Part shown: positions 9,824-18,533 of the stretch, in pieces | Numbering within the stretch: the stretch's first letter is position 1 | Layout: every line of letters starts with the position of its first letter | Source: Bacilli bacterium | GTDB taxonomy: Bacteria; Bacillota_I; Bacilli_A; RFN20; CAG-826 | Direction: 5' to 3' | Length of the DNA: 40,469 nucleotides | NCBI GenBank assembly: GCA_017542885.1 | Contig: JAFXWH010000101.1 | Coordinates: 1-40,469 of the forward strand | Notes under the pieces: model-generated | What the model was told of the DNA's origin: nothing | Database searches by the model: none | Seen by the model: the letters and a program-made list of their open reading frames with translations, nothing else | Made by a program: the position numbers and the translations under genes

Positions 9824-10249
9824 TTACTTTGATGAAGAACAGTCGCCGCAGAGCCCGTAGAAGACCGTCCTCTTGAGGTCGATCTTGAAACCGTGCTCTT
9901 CCATGAAGTGTTCTTGCAGGGCTTTCACATCCTCGCAGCTAACATGGATGATCTTGCCGCAACTAGAGCATTTGCAGTGGTAGCAGTCCTCTTCATCGCC
10001 TATATGCTCATCAGGAGAGATGTATTCGAAACAAGCAGGGCTATCATCATCGATCTTGAATTTGGCGATGACGCCGTCACTGACCAAACTCTCTAAGTTA
10101 CGGTAAATGGTGGCTTGCCCAATATTCGCCCCTTCGTTCTTAAAGTGGTTAACGACATCGCCGGCGGTAAGGTGAACGCCAGGATTCTGCTTAAAGAACT
10201 CAAGGAGGATCTCTTTTTGTTTCGTGCTGTATTTTGCTCTGGTAGTCAT
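9824..10249 (-). CDS. zur: Fur-family regulator, probably Zur
   Basis: HLTA, ATIYRNL, two CxxC motifs (CSSC, CGDC); ATG 10249 with GGAGG; first gene of the znu operon. Confidence 0.85.
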   Translation of the reverse strand: MTTRAKYSTKQKEILLEFFKQNPGVHLTAGDVVNHFKNEGANIGQATIYRNLESLVSDGVIAKFKIDDDSPACFEYISPDEHIGDEEDCYHCKCSSCGKIIHVSCEDVKALQEHFMEEHGFKIDLKRTVFYGLCGDCSSSK

Positions 10250-10271
10250 ATAGGCCTCCAATACAACGAAT

Positions 10272-10315
10272 TTGAGAACCGTTCTCAATTTTAGCAAGAA
10301 CTAGTTCTTTGTAAA
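10272..10315 (-). promoter_or_regulatory. zur-znu promoter with Fur-family operator
   Basis: Perfect 8-1-8 inverted repeat TTGAGAAC-C-GTTCTCAA (10272-10288); minus strand TTTACA (10315-10310), 16 nt, TG-n-TAAAAT (10293-10288). Confidence 0.8.
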
Positions 10316-10425
10316 GCCATTTTCCGTATAAATCCCACCGATTAATGGCAACATTTCGTTCTTTTCATGATAACATGAAACTTGCAAATAATGAATCGGA
10401 AACCGATACTATCTAGGGCCTAGTT

Positions 10426-11190
10426 ATGAAGAAAAAGATCGATACGAATAACGAAGAGGAAATCAAATCCTCATACTTATATCTCTTTGAGAAAATCATG
10501 AAAGACAAGAGGGCAGACCTTTCTCAGTTCGTCCTTTCTTTCAGGGAACAGCTTCTAAAAGAAGACAAAGTCGAATCATTCGGTGAGCTTATCGCTCTCG
10601 ACCTTCTTTATTTCCATTCAGTCAATAACGCTTTGGAGCCATGGAAGGGGAGAGACGCCGTCAACGAAGCCTTTAAGCTCCTTGAGATAAGAAAAGACAC
10701 CTTCACCAAAGAAGAACTCCGCATCTCTTATCTCAAAGTCGCGGAAGCTTTTGACTATCTTGAGGATATCGAAAAGGAGAGGCAGTGTTATGACGAAGCC
10801 TCTTATTACGCTTTCCAAACCATGGCCAAAGAGGATGCCTTATCCGCCAAAGAAAAGGAAATACGCCTAATTTGGAGATATCCAGAAGAGCAAAGGAAAG
10901 ACCTTTTCCCGACCTATGAATCCCTCGTCATGATGTTTGGCTTGGAGACTGGCAAGAAGCTCTTTGATCTTGAGAAAGAAGAGCCGGAGATGGTCCATGA
11001 CCCAATTGAGAGCAACCCTCTCTTCCCAAAAATAATCGATAGGGTTAATATAGCGCTGAAGGAGTATTTTGACGCTCACATGAGTGAGTTCACTCTTGAG
11101 AATTACAACATCAAGAAACGTCAGCTTCTCCTTAAGGAGGGCATCGATTGGACTGCCCCATACGAAAACAAAAAAGAGGTAAACAAATGA
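10426..11190 (+). CDS. hypothetical helical (TPR-like) protein
   Basis: 254 aa ORF with genome-typical codon use; C-terminal HDPIE...KKRQLL..GIDW.AP segment; function not recognised. Confidence 0.7.
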   Translation: MKKKIDTNNEEEIKSSYLYLFEKIMKDKRADLSQFVLSFREQLLKEDKVESFGELIALDLLYFHSVNNALEPWKGRDAVNEAFKLLEIRKDTFTKEELRISYLKVAEAFDYLEDIEKERQCYDEASYYAFQTMAKEDALSAKEKEIRLIWRYPEEQRKDLFPTYESLVMMFGLETGKKLFDLEKEEPEMVHDPIESNPLFPKIIDRVNIALKEYFDAHMSEFTLENYNIKKRQLLLKEGIDWTAPYENKKEVNK

Positions 11191-11591
11191 GTTATTATTG
11201 CCACCATTGCGGTAAAGAAGTCGGCAGCGGAAACAAATTCTGCCCACACTGCGGAGTCCTTCTCCAAGAAGACGAATACGGCGAAAGACCAGGCGAATAT
11301 GATGAAGTCGTCGATGAGCCAAAACCAGCAGGCAAAAAGACAATAATCAACGAATCAACTAAGAGAGATCTCGACACCGTCGTCAAAATCCTCATGATCG
11401 TTATTACCGTCCTCACTGGCTTTGCGATCATCCCTCTCCTTTGGACCGTCCCAATGACGATAACCGCCTGCGACAGGATCAAGAAGAAGGAGCCTTATGG
11501 CCTCGTCCTTTCTATCTGTACCCTTCTCTTCATGGCAATTGCTCCTGGCATAATCATGATCATCAGGGACTCTGACACTTATACCGACTAA
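11187..11591 (+). CDS. zinc-ribbon domain membrane protein
   Basis: CHHCG...FCPHCG followed by TM helices; GAGGT SD and ATGA overlap with upstream gene. Confidence 0.8.
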   Translation: MSYYCHHCGKEVGSGNKFCPHCGVLLQEDEYGERPGEYDEVVDEPKPAGKKTIINESTKRDLDTVVKILMIVITVLTGFAIIPLLWTVPMTITACDRIKKKEPYGLVLSICTLLFMAIAPGIIMIIRDSDTYTD

Positions 11592-11608
11592 AAGACCCTG
11601 CAATTTCT

Positions 11609-11645
11609 AAAAATCCCCAGCAAAACGCGTGGGGATTTTTCTTTT
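11609..11645. terminator. intrinsic terminator
   Basis: AAAAATCCCCA, 10 nt loop, TGGGGATTTTT plus T-rich tail. Confidence 0.8.
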
Positions 11646-11666
11646 AAAACCAGCCAAAACGCATTC

Positions 11667-11698
11667 TTCTAGGAATTTTTCCTAGAAAGCACTAGAAT
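11667..11698 (+). promoter_or_regulatory. palindromic operator and -10 box upstream of MATE gene
   Basis: TTCTAGGAA-TTT-TTCCTAGAA (11667-11687), TAGAAT (11693-11698), GTG at 11707. Confidence 0.55.
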
Positions 11699-11706
11699 AT
11701 GCCTTC

Positions 11707-13194
11707 GTGGAGAAGAAAGAGTCCTTTAGCCAAAAACTTCACCGCATCTTCAGCGGTCAGCTTAACCTCACGGAAGGCAACTTTTTCGTGACCATCCCTC
11801 TATATGCCATCCCGATGGTTCTCCTTTCTTTCCTCCAAATGTTTTATAGCTCCGTCGACCAATTGATTGTCTCCAATTTCGGCGGTGGGTATACCTCGAT
11901 GAACGCGGTTGGAAGCAACAGCGCTCTCATCAACCTCATCATCGGTTTATTTGTCGGCATATCAGTAGGCGCCAACGTCGTCATCGCCAAAGCCAGGGGA
12001 ATGAATGACAAAGAGACCGCTCGGAGAACCGTTCAGAGTTCTGTCATCATTTCGTTGTTCTCGGGCGTCTTCCTCGCTATTGCGGCCTGGTTTGTCGCTC
12101 CGGCTCTTTTGGAGCTCATGCAGACGCCGGACCTCTATATCGACAAAGCCATTGCCTACCTTCGCATTTACTTCCTTGGCATGCCGTTCTTGATGGTCTT
12201 CAATTTCGGCTCCGCTCTCCTTAGAGGCATGGGCGATTCCAAACGTCCTCTCTATGTTTTGCTTATCTGCGGCATCGTCAATATCGGCCTTAACTTCCTC
12301 TTCGTCATGGTCTTTAACCTCGATGTCGTAGGCGTTGCAATCACGACTGTCATCGCTGAGTTCTTAGAAGCCCTTCTCATCCTTTTCTTCCTCTCGCATA
12401 ACAAAGAATCCTTCGCGGTCTTCTCCTGGAAGGATTGGACCATCTACAAGAAAGAGACCAAGGAAATCCTCAAAAACGGTATTCCTGCTGGCATCCAGTC
12501 ATTCGTTTTCTCTTTCTCGAACATCTTCATCCAGGCTGGTGTCAATGGTTTCTCAACCGCTGACATGCCAAGTGATGTTGCGGTGGCGGGAAACACCGCC
12601 TCGATTCAGATTGAGCACTATATCTGGATCGCGATGAATAGCTTTGCGGTCGCCGTATCCTCGATCGTCTCGCAGAACTATGGTGCTCTTAAAAAAGAGA
12701 ACCTCAAGAAGGTCTTCTGGATTTCGATTATGTATGAGACCATCGTCGGTCTTTCCTTAGGCCTCATCTCATATTTGCTCCGTTATCAGCTCATTGGCTT
12801 ATTCATCTCTCCTGAGGCTTTCACCGATGAATCGGGAGTATTCCTAGCGAATTCCTTTGAAAAAGCCCTTGAAGTCGGCACCATGCGCATTACCCTCGTT
12901 GGTCTTACTTACGTCCTTGATGGTTACATGGATGTCTGTTCCTATTACCTTAGGGGCTTAGGTCACTCAAAAACCCCAACCATCAACAGCGTCCTTTTCA
13001 TCACCGTCATGAGAATCGTCTACATCATCTTCATCTGGGCCAATATCGATGAGATTCATACTCTACCATTGCTTTGGATCTGCTGGCCTGTCAGCTGGAT
13101 CCTTTCCATCCTTGCCTACATCCCGATTCTCCCTATCTACAACAAAAAAGCCTTCGCTGAGATTGACGCTAAACTTGCTATCCGTAACGCCTAA
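11707..13194 (+). CDS. MATE family efflux transporter
   Basis: About 12 TM; LRGMGDSKRPL, VSQNYGA, LRGLGHSKTP. Confidence 0.93.
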   Translation: MEKKESFSQKLHRIFSGQLNLTEGNFFVTIPLYAIPMVLLSFLQMFYSSVDQLIVSNFGGGYTSMNAVGSNSALINLIIGLFVGISVGANVVIAKARGMNDKETARRTVQSSVIISLFSGVFLAIAAWFVAPALLELMQTPDLYIDKAIAYLRIYFLGMPFLMVFNFGSALLRGMGDSKRPLYVLLICGIVNIGLNFLFVMVFNLDVVGVAITTVIAEFLEALLILFFLSHNKESFAVFSWKDWTIYKKETKEILKNGIPAGIQSFVFSFSNIFIQAGVNGFSTADMPSDVAVAGNTASIQIEHYIWIAMNSFAVAVSSIVSQNYGALKKENLKKVFWISIMYETIVGLSLGLISYLLRYQLIGLFISPEAFTDESGVFLANSFEKALEVGTMRITLVGLTYVLDGYMDVCSYYLRGLGHSKTPTINSVLFITVMRIVYIIFIWANIDEIHTLPLLWICWPVSWILSILAYIPILPIYNKKAFAEIDAKLAIRNA

Positions 13195-13238
13195 CTGATG
13201 CATTAAACCCTTAAAAGGTTTACAATGTCATCAAAGTT

Positions 13239-14462
13239 ATGAATATTTTCAAAGTCGCTGGGTACCGTACCTATCAGTTCGTTTTGAACAAAATCGGGAT
13301 GCCTTTAATCAAGTTCCCGGAACCAAAGACCATCAAAGGTCCTGCTTTTTATGTCAAAGCCGCCGACATCATTGCCGAGAATGGCTACAAGAAACCTCTT
13401 ATCGTAGCTGACCCAATCCTTGAGAAGATTGGGAAGATCGGACCTTTGACTGATGCTTTAGAGCAGAAGGGGCTTAAGTATTCCCTCTATTTCGGAGTTG
13501 AGCCAAACCCAACCTTCAACAGCGTTCTTCCTGCCTTAGATGCTGTCAAAGAGGAAGGCATCGATTCAATCATCGCCTTTGGCGGTGGTTCCGCGATCGA
13601 CGTCGCCAAGATCATCGGAGCCTGCATCTCTAACGACACCAAAGACATCTCTTCCCTAAAAGGCCTTTTCAAGGTCAAGAAGAAGTACCCATGCTTGGTT
13701 GCCATCCCAACGACAGCCGGAACCGGAAGCGAAGCCACCGTGGCCGCCGTCATCATCGACCCCGAGACCAGATCCAAATACGCGATCAACGATCCTAAGC
13801 TTGTTCCGGATTACGCGATTCTCGATGAGACCCTCTTAGAGACCCTCCCTCCAAAGACCATCGCCGCGACCGGCATGGACGCTTTGACGCATGCGGTGGA
13901 GGCCTATATCGGAAACGCTTTAACGAGAAAGACGAAGAAATGCGCCCTATACGCGGTCAACATCATCTACCATAACCTTCTTGGTTTGTACCAAGACCCT
14001 CATAACTTAGCAGCAGGCAAGAACATGATTTACGCCTCCTATCTCGCAGGTGTTGCCTTCACCCGTTCATACGTCGGATATGTCCACGCCTTAGCCCATG
14101 CTATAGGCGGCAAATACAATGTCCCACATGGATTCGCTAATGCCGTACTTCTCCCTTATGTTCTTGAGGCTTTTGACAAAAAGGCCCACAAAAAGCTTGC
14201 GGATTTGGCAAAACTCATCGAAATCGTCCATCCAGAATCGAAGACTGATAAGGCCGCCAAAGCCTTCATCGATTACATCAAGATGCTTAAGTACTCTCTT
14301 GGCATCCCAGCCCATTTCGATCACGTCATCAAGAAAGAGGACCTCGATGACCTCGTGAAGGCCGCCCTCCACGAAGCCAACCCTCTCTATCCTGTCCCTA
14401 AGATCCTCGGAGCAGAAGAGCTCAAAGCCATTTATATGGAGGCTGACCCATCATGCAAATAG
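13239..14462 (+). CDS. iron-containing alcohol dehydrogenase
   Basis: GGGSAID, IPTTAGTGSE, GMDALTHAVE, HALAH, PHG. Confidence 0.93.
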   Translation: MNIFKVAGYRTYQFVLNKIGMPLIKFPEPKTIKGPAFYVKAADIIAENGYKKPLIVADPILEKIGKIGPLTDALEQKGLKYSLYFGVEPNPTFNSVLPALDAVKEEGIDSIIAFGGGSAIDVAKIIGACISNDTKDISSLKGLFKVKKKYPCLVAIPTTAGTGSEATVAAVIIDPETRSKYAINDPKLVPDYAILDETLLETLPPKTIAATGMDALTHAVEAYIGNALTRKTKKCALYAVNIIYHNLLGLYQDPHNLAAGKNMIYASYLAGVAFTRSYVGYVHALAHAIGGKYNVPHGFANAVLLPYVLEAFDKKAHKKLADLAKLIEIVHPESKTDKAAKAFIDYIKMLKYSLGIPAHFDHVIKKEDLDDLVKAALHEANPLYPVPKILGAEELKAIYMEADPSCK

Positions 14463-15481
14463 GTGAGACGATGAATAGCCGCTCACGCATGGTCGTCATT
14501 AGAAATGACGCCGGAATGGAGGTCACCCTCTGCGATTTCGGCGCGTCCATTTATGAAATCAGAATCAATGACAAGCCGATGACCATCGCTTGCAAAGACT
14601 TCGAGAAGTGGATGTACACCCGTTCTTATTTCGGCAAGACCGTCGGCAGAATCGCTGGCAGAGTCAAAGACGCGAAGATCACCATCAGCGGTAACGAATA
14701 CCATCTCGACCAAAACGATGGGAAGAACACCCTTCATACTGGCAAAGACGCTCTATGCTACAAGCCATGGATCTATGACATCCGTGAAAAGAGGGTAGGC
14801 GCGGTGGTGGATTTCTTCTACATGCTCCAAGACGGTGAAGAAGGCCTGCCAGGTGAGCAGATGATCAACGTGAGATACATCATCCACAAGAAAGAGAACG
14901 TCATCGACATCAAATTCATCGCCGGCAAACCAACCAAAGACACCTACACAAGACTAACGAATCACGCCTATTTCAATTTGGGCGGATACAAAAACATCAG
15001 GAATCATAGATTCATCCTTGATGCTGACCGCGTCTCCCTTTTCGATGAGGGATGTGTTGCCAAAGAATTCATCAAGGTTCCAGAGAATCTCGATTTCCGT
15101 AAAGGCGTTTCCCTCGATGAGGCCTTGCCAAACAAGGATTTAGCAAAGCTCCCAACCAACGGTTTGGACCATGTTTTCATCAGGACGAATGCAAGATGTT
15201 CAGACTACCGCAAAGACAAATCCGCAATGGAAAAACCTCTCCTGACACTCGAGAGTCCTATTGCTTCCTTGCAAATCTTTACAACTTTTCCAGCCATAAC
15301 ATGTTATGCTGATAACTTCCCAGGGGGTGGAACGCTCACCAACGGGAACGAAGAGGAAATGTACTCAGGCTTAGCCTTAGAACCCCGCTTCGACGACTTA
15401 GATGTCATTAAGCCAGGAGCCTTCCAAAAGAAGGGGAGGGTCCAGGTAAACATGATCACCTATGTCTTCAAAACAAAGTAA
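14453..15481 (+). CDS. galM: aldose 1-epimerase (galactose mutarotase)
   Basis: YFGKTVGRIAGR, NTLH, TNHAYFNL, GLDH, LALE; next to galT. Confidence 0.88.
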   Translation: MQIGETMNSRSRMVVIRNDAGMEVTLCDFGASIYEIRINDKPMTIACKDFEKWMYTRSYFGKTVGRIAGRVKDAKITISGNEYHLDQNDGKNTLHTGKDALCYKPWIYDIREKRVGAVVDFFYMLQDGEEGLPGEQMINVRYIIHKKENVIDIKFIAGKPTKDTYTRLTNHAYFNLGGYKNIRNHRFILDADRVSLFDEGCVAKEFIKVPENLDFRKGVSLDEALPNKDLAKLPTNGLDHVFIRTNARCSDYRKDKSAMEKPLLTLESPIASLQIFTTFPAITCYADNFPGGGTLTNGNEEEMYSGLALEPRFDDLDVIKPGAFQKKGRVQVNMITYVFKTK

Positions 15482-15507
15482 CCGATTCCAATTAGGAGTA
15501 CGCCATC

Positions 15508-16989
15508 ATGATTAGCAAGATAATCGCCGAACTCATTTATTATGCCGAAAAGCATCTCTATCTTTTAGATAGCGATAAGATCTATCTAGAGAATATCCTT
15601 CTCCATTTCTTCGGGGCCACTGAGCCTTACGAAGGGGAGATCAATAAGAGAGACATCGAGAACATGGAAGTCCCTGACAACCTCGTTTCTGAGATCGTCG
15701 AGTATTGTCTTCTCCATGGCGACGATGAGAAAGAAGCGGAAAGAAAAGCCGACTTCGCCCTTGGTATCGTCTCTCCTCTCCCAAGCCTCGTTAACGGCGC
15801 CTTTGAAGAATTCAAAGCAACCGACCCAACGACCGCTCTTCAGTTCCTAAAAGCCCTTGGAACGAGCAATTATTATTTCCAGAAGACGAAAGTGGAGCGC
15901 AACAAAGAATGGATTGCCACCTTTGAAGACGGCCCAAACATCGGCGTCTCCATCAACCTCTCCAAACCTGAGAAAAACAACAAGGACATCGCTAAGCTCT
16001 TAACGACCGCTTCGACGAACTATCCGAAGTGCGCCCTCTGCGTTGAGAACCTTGGCTATTATGGCGATGACAAACATGCCGCCAGAATGACGATCAGATA
16101 CGTCCCTCTTACCCTTGCAGGGGAGAGATGGTACCTCCAGTATTCCCCATACGGCTACTTCCGTAACCATTGCATCGCCTTCAAAGAGGACCATGTCCCG
16201 ATGAAAGTCGAAAGGAAGACCTTTGAACGTCTCCTTTCCTTCGTCGAGCAGTTCCCGGTCTTCTTCATGGGCAGCAACAGCGACCTCCCAATCGTCGGTG
16301 GTTCCATCTTAAATCACGAGCATTTCCAAGGCGGATCGCCAGTGCTTCCTCTCTTTGCCGCGAAAGACAAAGAAGTCATTTTCACCAGCAAATCCGGCAC
16401 GAAAGTCGCGAAAGTGGACTATTACACGAACACTATCCGCATCTCTGGAACCGACAAAGAAGAGATCATGGACCTCGGTGAGAAGATCCTTAATGCCTGG
16501 AGAGCCTATGACAACGAAGAGCTTGGCATCATCCACGAAAGCGAAGGCAATAAGCACAACACAGTCACCTCCTACGCCTTGAAACGTGGAGACGAATATC
16601 AGCTCATCATCGTCTTACGCTGCAATATCACGACCGAAGAATTCCCAGATGGCGTTTTCCACGCCCATCCTGAATACCATGCCATCAAAAAGGAGGGCAT
16701 CGGCCTTATCGAATGCGCTGGTGAGTTTATCCTCCCAGCCCGTTTGGAGCGTCAGATGGTTGAAGCGGAGAAATCCGTCAACATGAGCAAAGAGGAATAC
16801 CTCAAAGAATACCCAGACATGGCTCTCTTCGAGGATATGATCAACGCCATGAAAGAGAACCCATCCTTAGACGTCGCAACCTACATCAACAGAGTCTGCC
16901 GCAACATCCTTAAGAACGTTGCCGTCTTCAAGGAAGACGAGAAGTCCCAGAAGGCCTATGACGCCTTCCTCAAAGAAGCCCTTAACTAA
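15508..16989 (+). CDS. galT: galactose-1-phosphate uridylyltransferase (class II)
   Basis: INLSKPEK, YPKCALC, QYSPY, DLPIVGGSILNHEHFQGG, IKKEGIGLIE. Confidence 0.93.
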   Translation: MISKIIAELIYYAEKHLYLLDSDKIYLENILLHFFGATEPYEGEINKRDIENMEVPDNLVSEIVEYCLLHGDDEKEAERKADFALGIVSPLPSLVNGAFEEFKATDPTTALQFLKALGTSNYYFQKTKVERNKEWIATFEDGPNIGVSINLSKPEKNNKDIAKLLTTASTNYPKCALCVENLGYYGDDKHAARMTIRYVPLTLAGERWYLQYSPYGYFRNHCIAFKEDHVPMKVERKTFERLLSFVEQFPVFFMGSNSDLPIVGGSILNHEHFQGGSPVLPLFAAKDKEVIFTSKSGTKVAKVDYYTNTIRISGTDKEEIMDLGEKILNAWRAYDNEELGIIHESEGNKHNTVTSYALKRGDEYQLIIVLRCNITTEEFPDGVFHAHPEYHAIKKEGIGLIECAGEFILPARLERQMVEAEKSVNMSKEEYLKEYPDMALFEDMINAMKENPSLDVATYINRVCRNILKNVAVFKEDEKSQKAYDAFLKEALN

Positions 16990-16991
16990 GC

Positions 16992-18284
16992 ATGAAGAAA
17001 ATCGGAATGGTCTCCCTAGGCTGCGCTAAGAACCTAGTGGATAGTGAGATGATGCTCGCCTCCTTCCCAGGAGACCGTTTTCAGATTACCCCAAACCCTG
17101 AAGAAGCCGATGTCATCATCGTCAATACCTGCGGCTTCATCGAACCTGCCAAGAAAGAGGCAATAGATACCATCCTTGAGATGGCCTCCCATAGACAAGC
17201 CAAACTCATCGTCACCGGTTGCTTCGTCGAACGTAGCCTCGAAGAGCTTAAGAAAGCCATCCCTGAGGTCGACCTTTGGGTCCCTCTTCGCGACTATCCG
17301 AAGATGAATCTCCTCGTCATGGCGCTTTTAGGGGAGAAAGGCATCATCCAGCTCAATCCGATGAGAAGGATGATCTCGACCGCTCCATATTTTGCATACT
17401 TAAGAATCTCCGATGGCTGCGACAATTTCTGCTCTTTCTGCGCGATTCCTTATATCAGAGGAAGAATGAAATCGCGTCCTCTTGAGGAGATCGTCGCCGA
17501 AGCCCTCATCCTCAAAGCCAAAGGGGTAAAGGAAATCGCTCTCGTCTCCCAAGACCCGATGCACTATGGATGCGATATCAAAGACGGACCAGACATGGTC
17601 AAACTCATGCACGCCCTCGACAATATGGGCTTCTATAGCATCAAGGTCCTTTATATGTATCCAGAGGAGATCACCGATGAGGAACTCCGCTTCATCAAAA
17701 ACTCCAAAACCATCGCCCCATATTTTGATGTCCCGATCCAGACCGCGAGCAATAAGATGCTCCGCTTAATGAATAGACACGGAACGGTAGAGGAGATGAA
17801 AGTCCTTTTCCGCAAGATCAAGGCCATGATGCCAAAAGCCGTCCTTAGAACCACCCTCATCTCCGGTTTCCCTGGCGAAACCAAGACGGAACATGATGAG
17901 ACGGTGAAGTTCTTGGAGGAGATTCCTTTTGACCATCTTGGTGTTTTCACTTTTTCTAGAGAAGAAGGAACCGCTGCGTATAATATGCCTCATCAGGTGA
18001 GACACGCGACCGCCGAGAAGAGAAAAGACGAGATCATGAAACTTGCAAAGAAAATCTCCTATCGTCTTAACAAAGAAAGAATCGGTGAAGCCATGGAAGG
18101 AATCGTCACGGGATACGACAAGAAGAGAGATATGTATACTCTCCGCTCATACTGGAATGCCCCAGACGACATCGATGGAAACATCTATTTCTATAGCGCC
18201 AAAAAGCATCATGAAGGCGATATAGTTAAGGTCATGATCAACAGCGCGATGGTCTATGATTTGATAGGGGAGGAAACGAATTAA
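16992..18284 (+). CDS. rimO: ribosomal protein S12 methylthiotransferase
   Basis: SLGCAKNLVDSE, NTCGFI, radical SAM CDNFCSFC, C-terminal TRAM with APDDIDG. Confidence 0.93.
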   Translation: MKKIGMVSLGCAKNLVDSEMMLASFPGDRFQITPNPEEADVIIVNTCGFIEPAKKEAIDTILEMASHRQAKLIVTGCFVERSLEELKKAIPEVDLWVPLRDYPKMNLLVMALLGEKGIIQLNPMRRMISTAPYFAYLRISDGCDNFCSFCAIPYIRGRMKSRPLEEIVAEALILKAKGVKEIALVSQDPMHYGCDIKDGPDMVKLMHALDNMGFYSIKVLYMYPEEITDEELRFIKNSKTIAPYFDVPIQTASNKMLRLMNRHGTVEEMKVLFRKIKAMMPKAVLRTTLISGFPGETKTEHDETVKFLEEIPFDHLGVFTFSREEGTAAYNMPHQVRHATAEKRKDEIMKLAKKISYRLNKERIGEAMEGIVTGYDKKRDMYTLRSYWNAPDDIDGNIYFYSAKKHHEGDIVKVMINSAMVYDLIGEETN

Positions 18285-18294
18285 TCATTAACTC

Positions 18295-18323
18295 TTGCGC
18301 GTTGTTTCTTAAGAAACTATAAT
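18295..18323 (+). promoter_or_regulatory. tRNA promoter
   Basis: TTGCGC, 17 nt, TATAAT, 10 nt before the tRNA. Confidence 0.75.
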
Positions 18324-18333
18324 TCTACTCGCT

Positions 18334-18407
18334 GCCCCGCTAGTTAAACGGCATAACAGATCCATGGTAAGGATCAATTCGTAGTTCGACTCTGCGGCGG
18401 GGCACCA
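18334..18407 (+). tRNA. tRNA-Thr(GGT)
   Basis: Acceptor GCCCCGC/GCGGGGC, D arm GTTA/TAAC, anticodon stem GATCC/GGATC with loop ATGGTAA, T loop TTCGACT, encoded CCA. Confidence 0.95.
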
Positions 18408-18417
18408 ACAGAAAGCT

Positions 18418-18452
18418 AGCATTTTGTGAAAATACAAAGTGCTTTTTTTCTT
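18418..18452 (+). terminator. terminator after tRNA
   Basis: AGCATTTTGT-GAAAAT-ACAAAGTGCT then T-run. Confidence 0.75.
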
Positions 18453-18533
18453 ATCTTGTGAAATTATGGGCAGTAAGGTGAGCGGTTTTGCCACTTTTCT
18501 CCGTCTTATTGTTAGAAGCATAGGAGGCATTAT

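Noticed and set aside
18385-18407. att site of an integrated element at tRNA-Thr
   Set aside because: No second copy or integrase seen in the window
18309-18530. 73-aa minus-strand ORF
   Set aside because: It is the antisense of tRNA-Thr and its terminator
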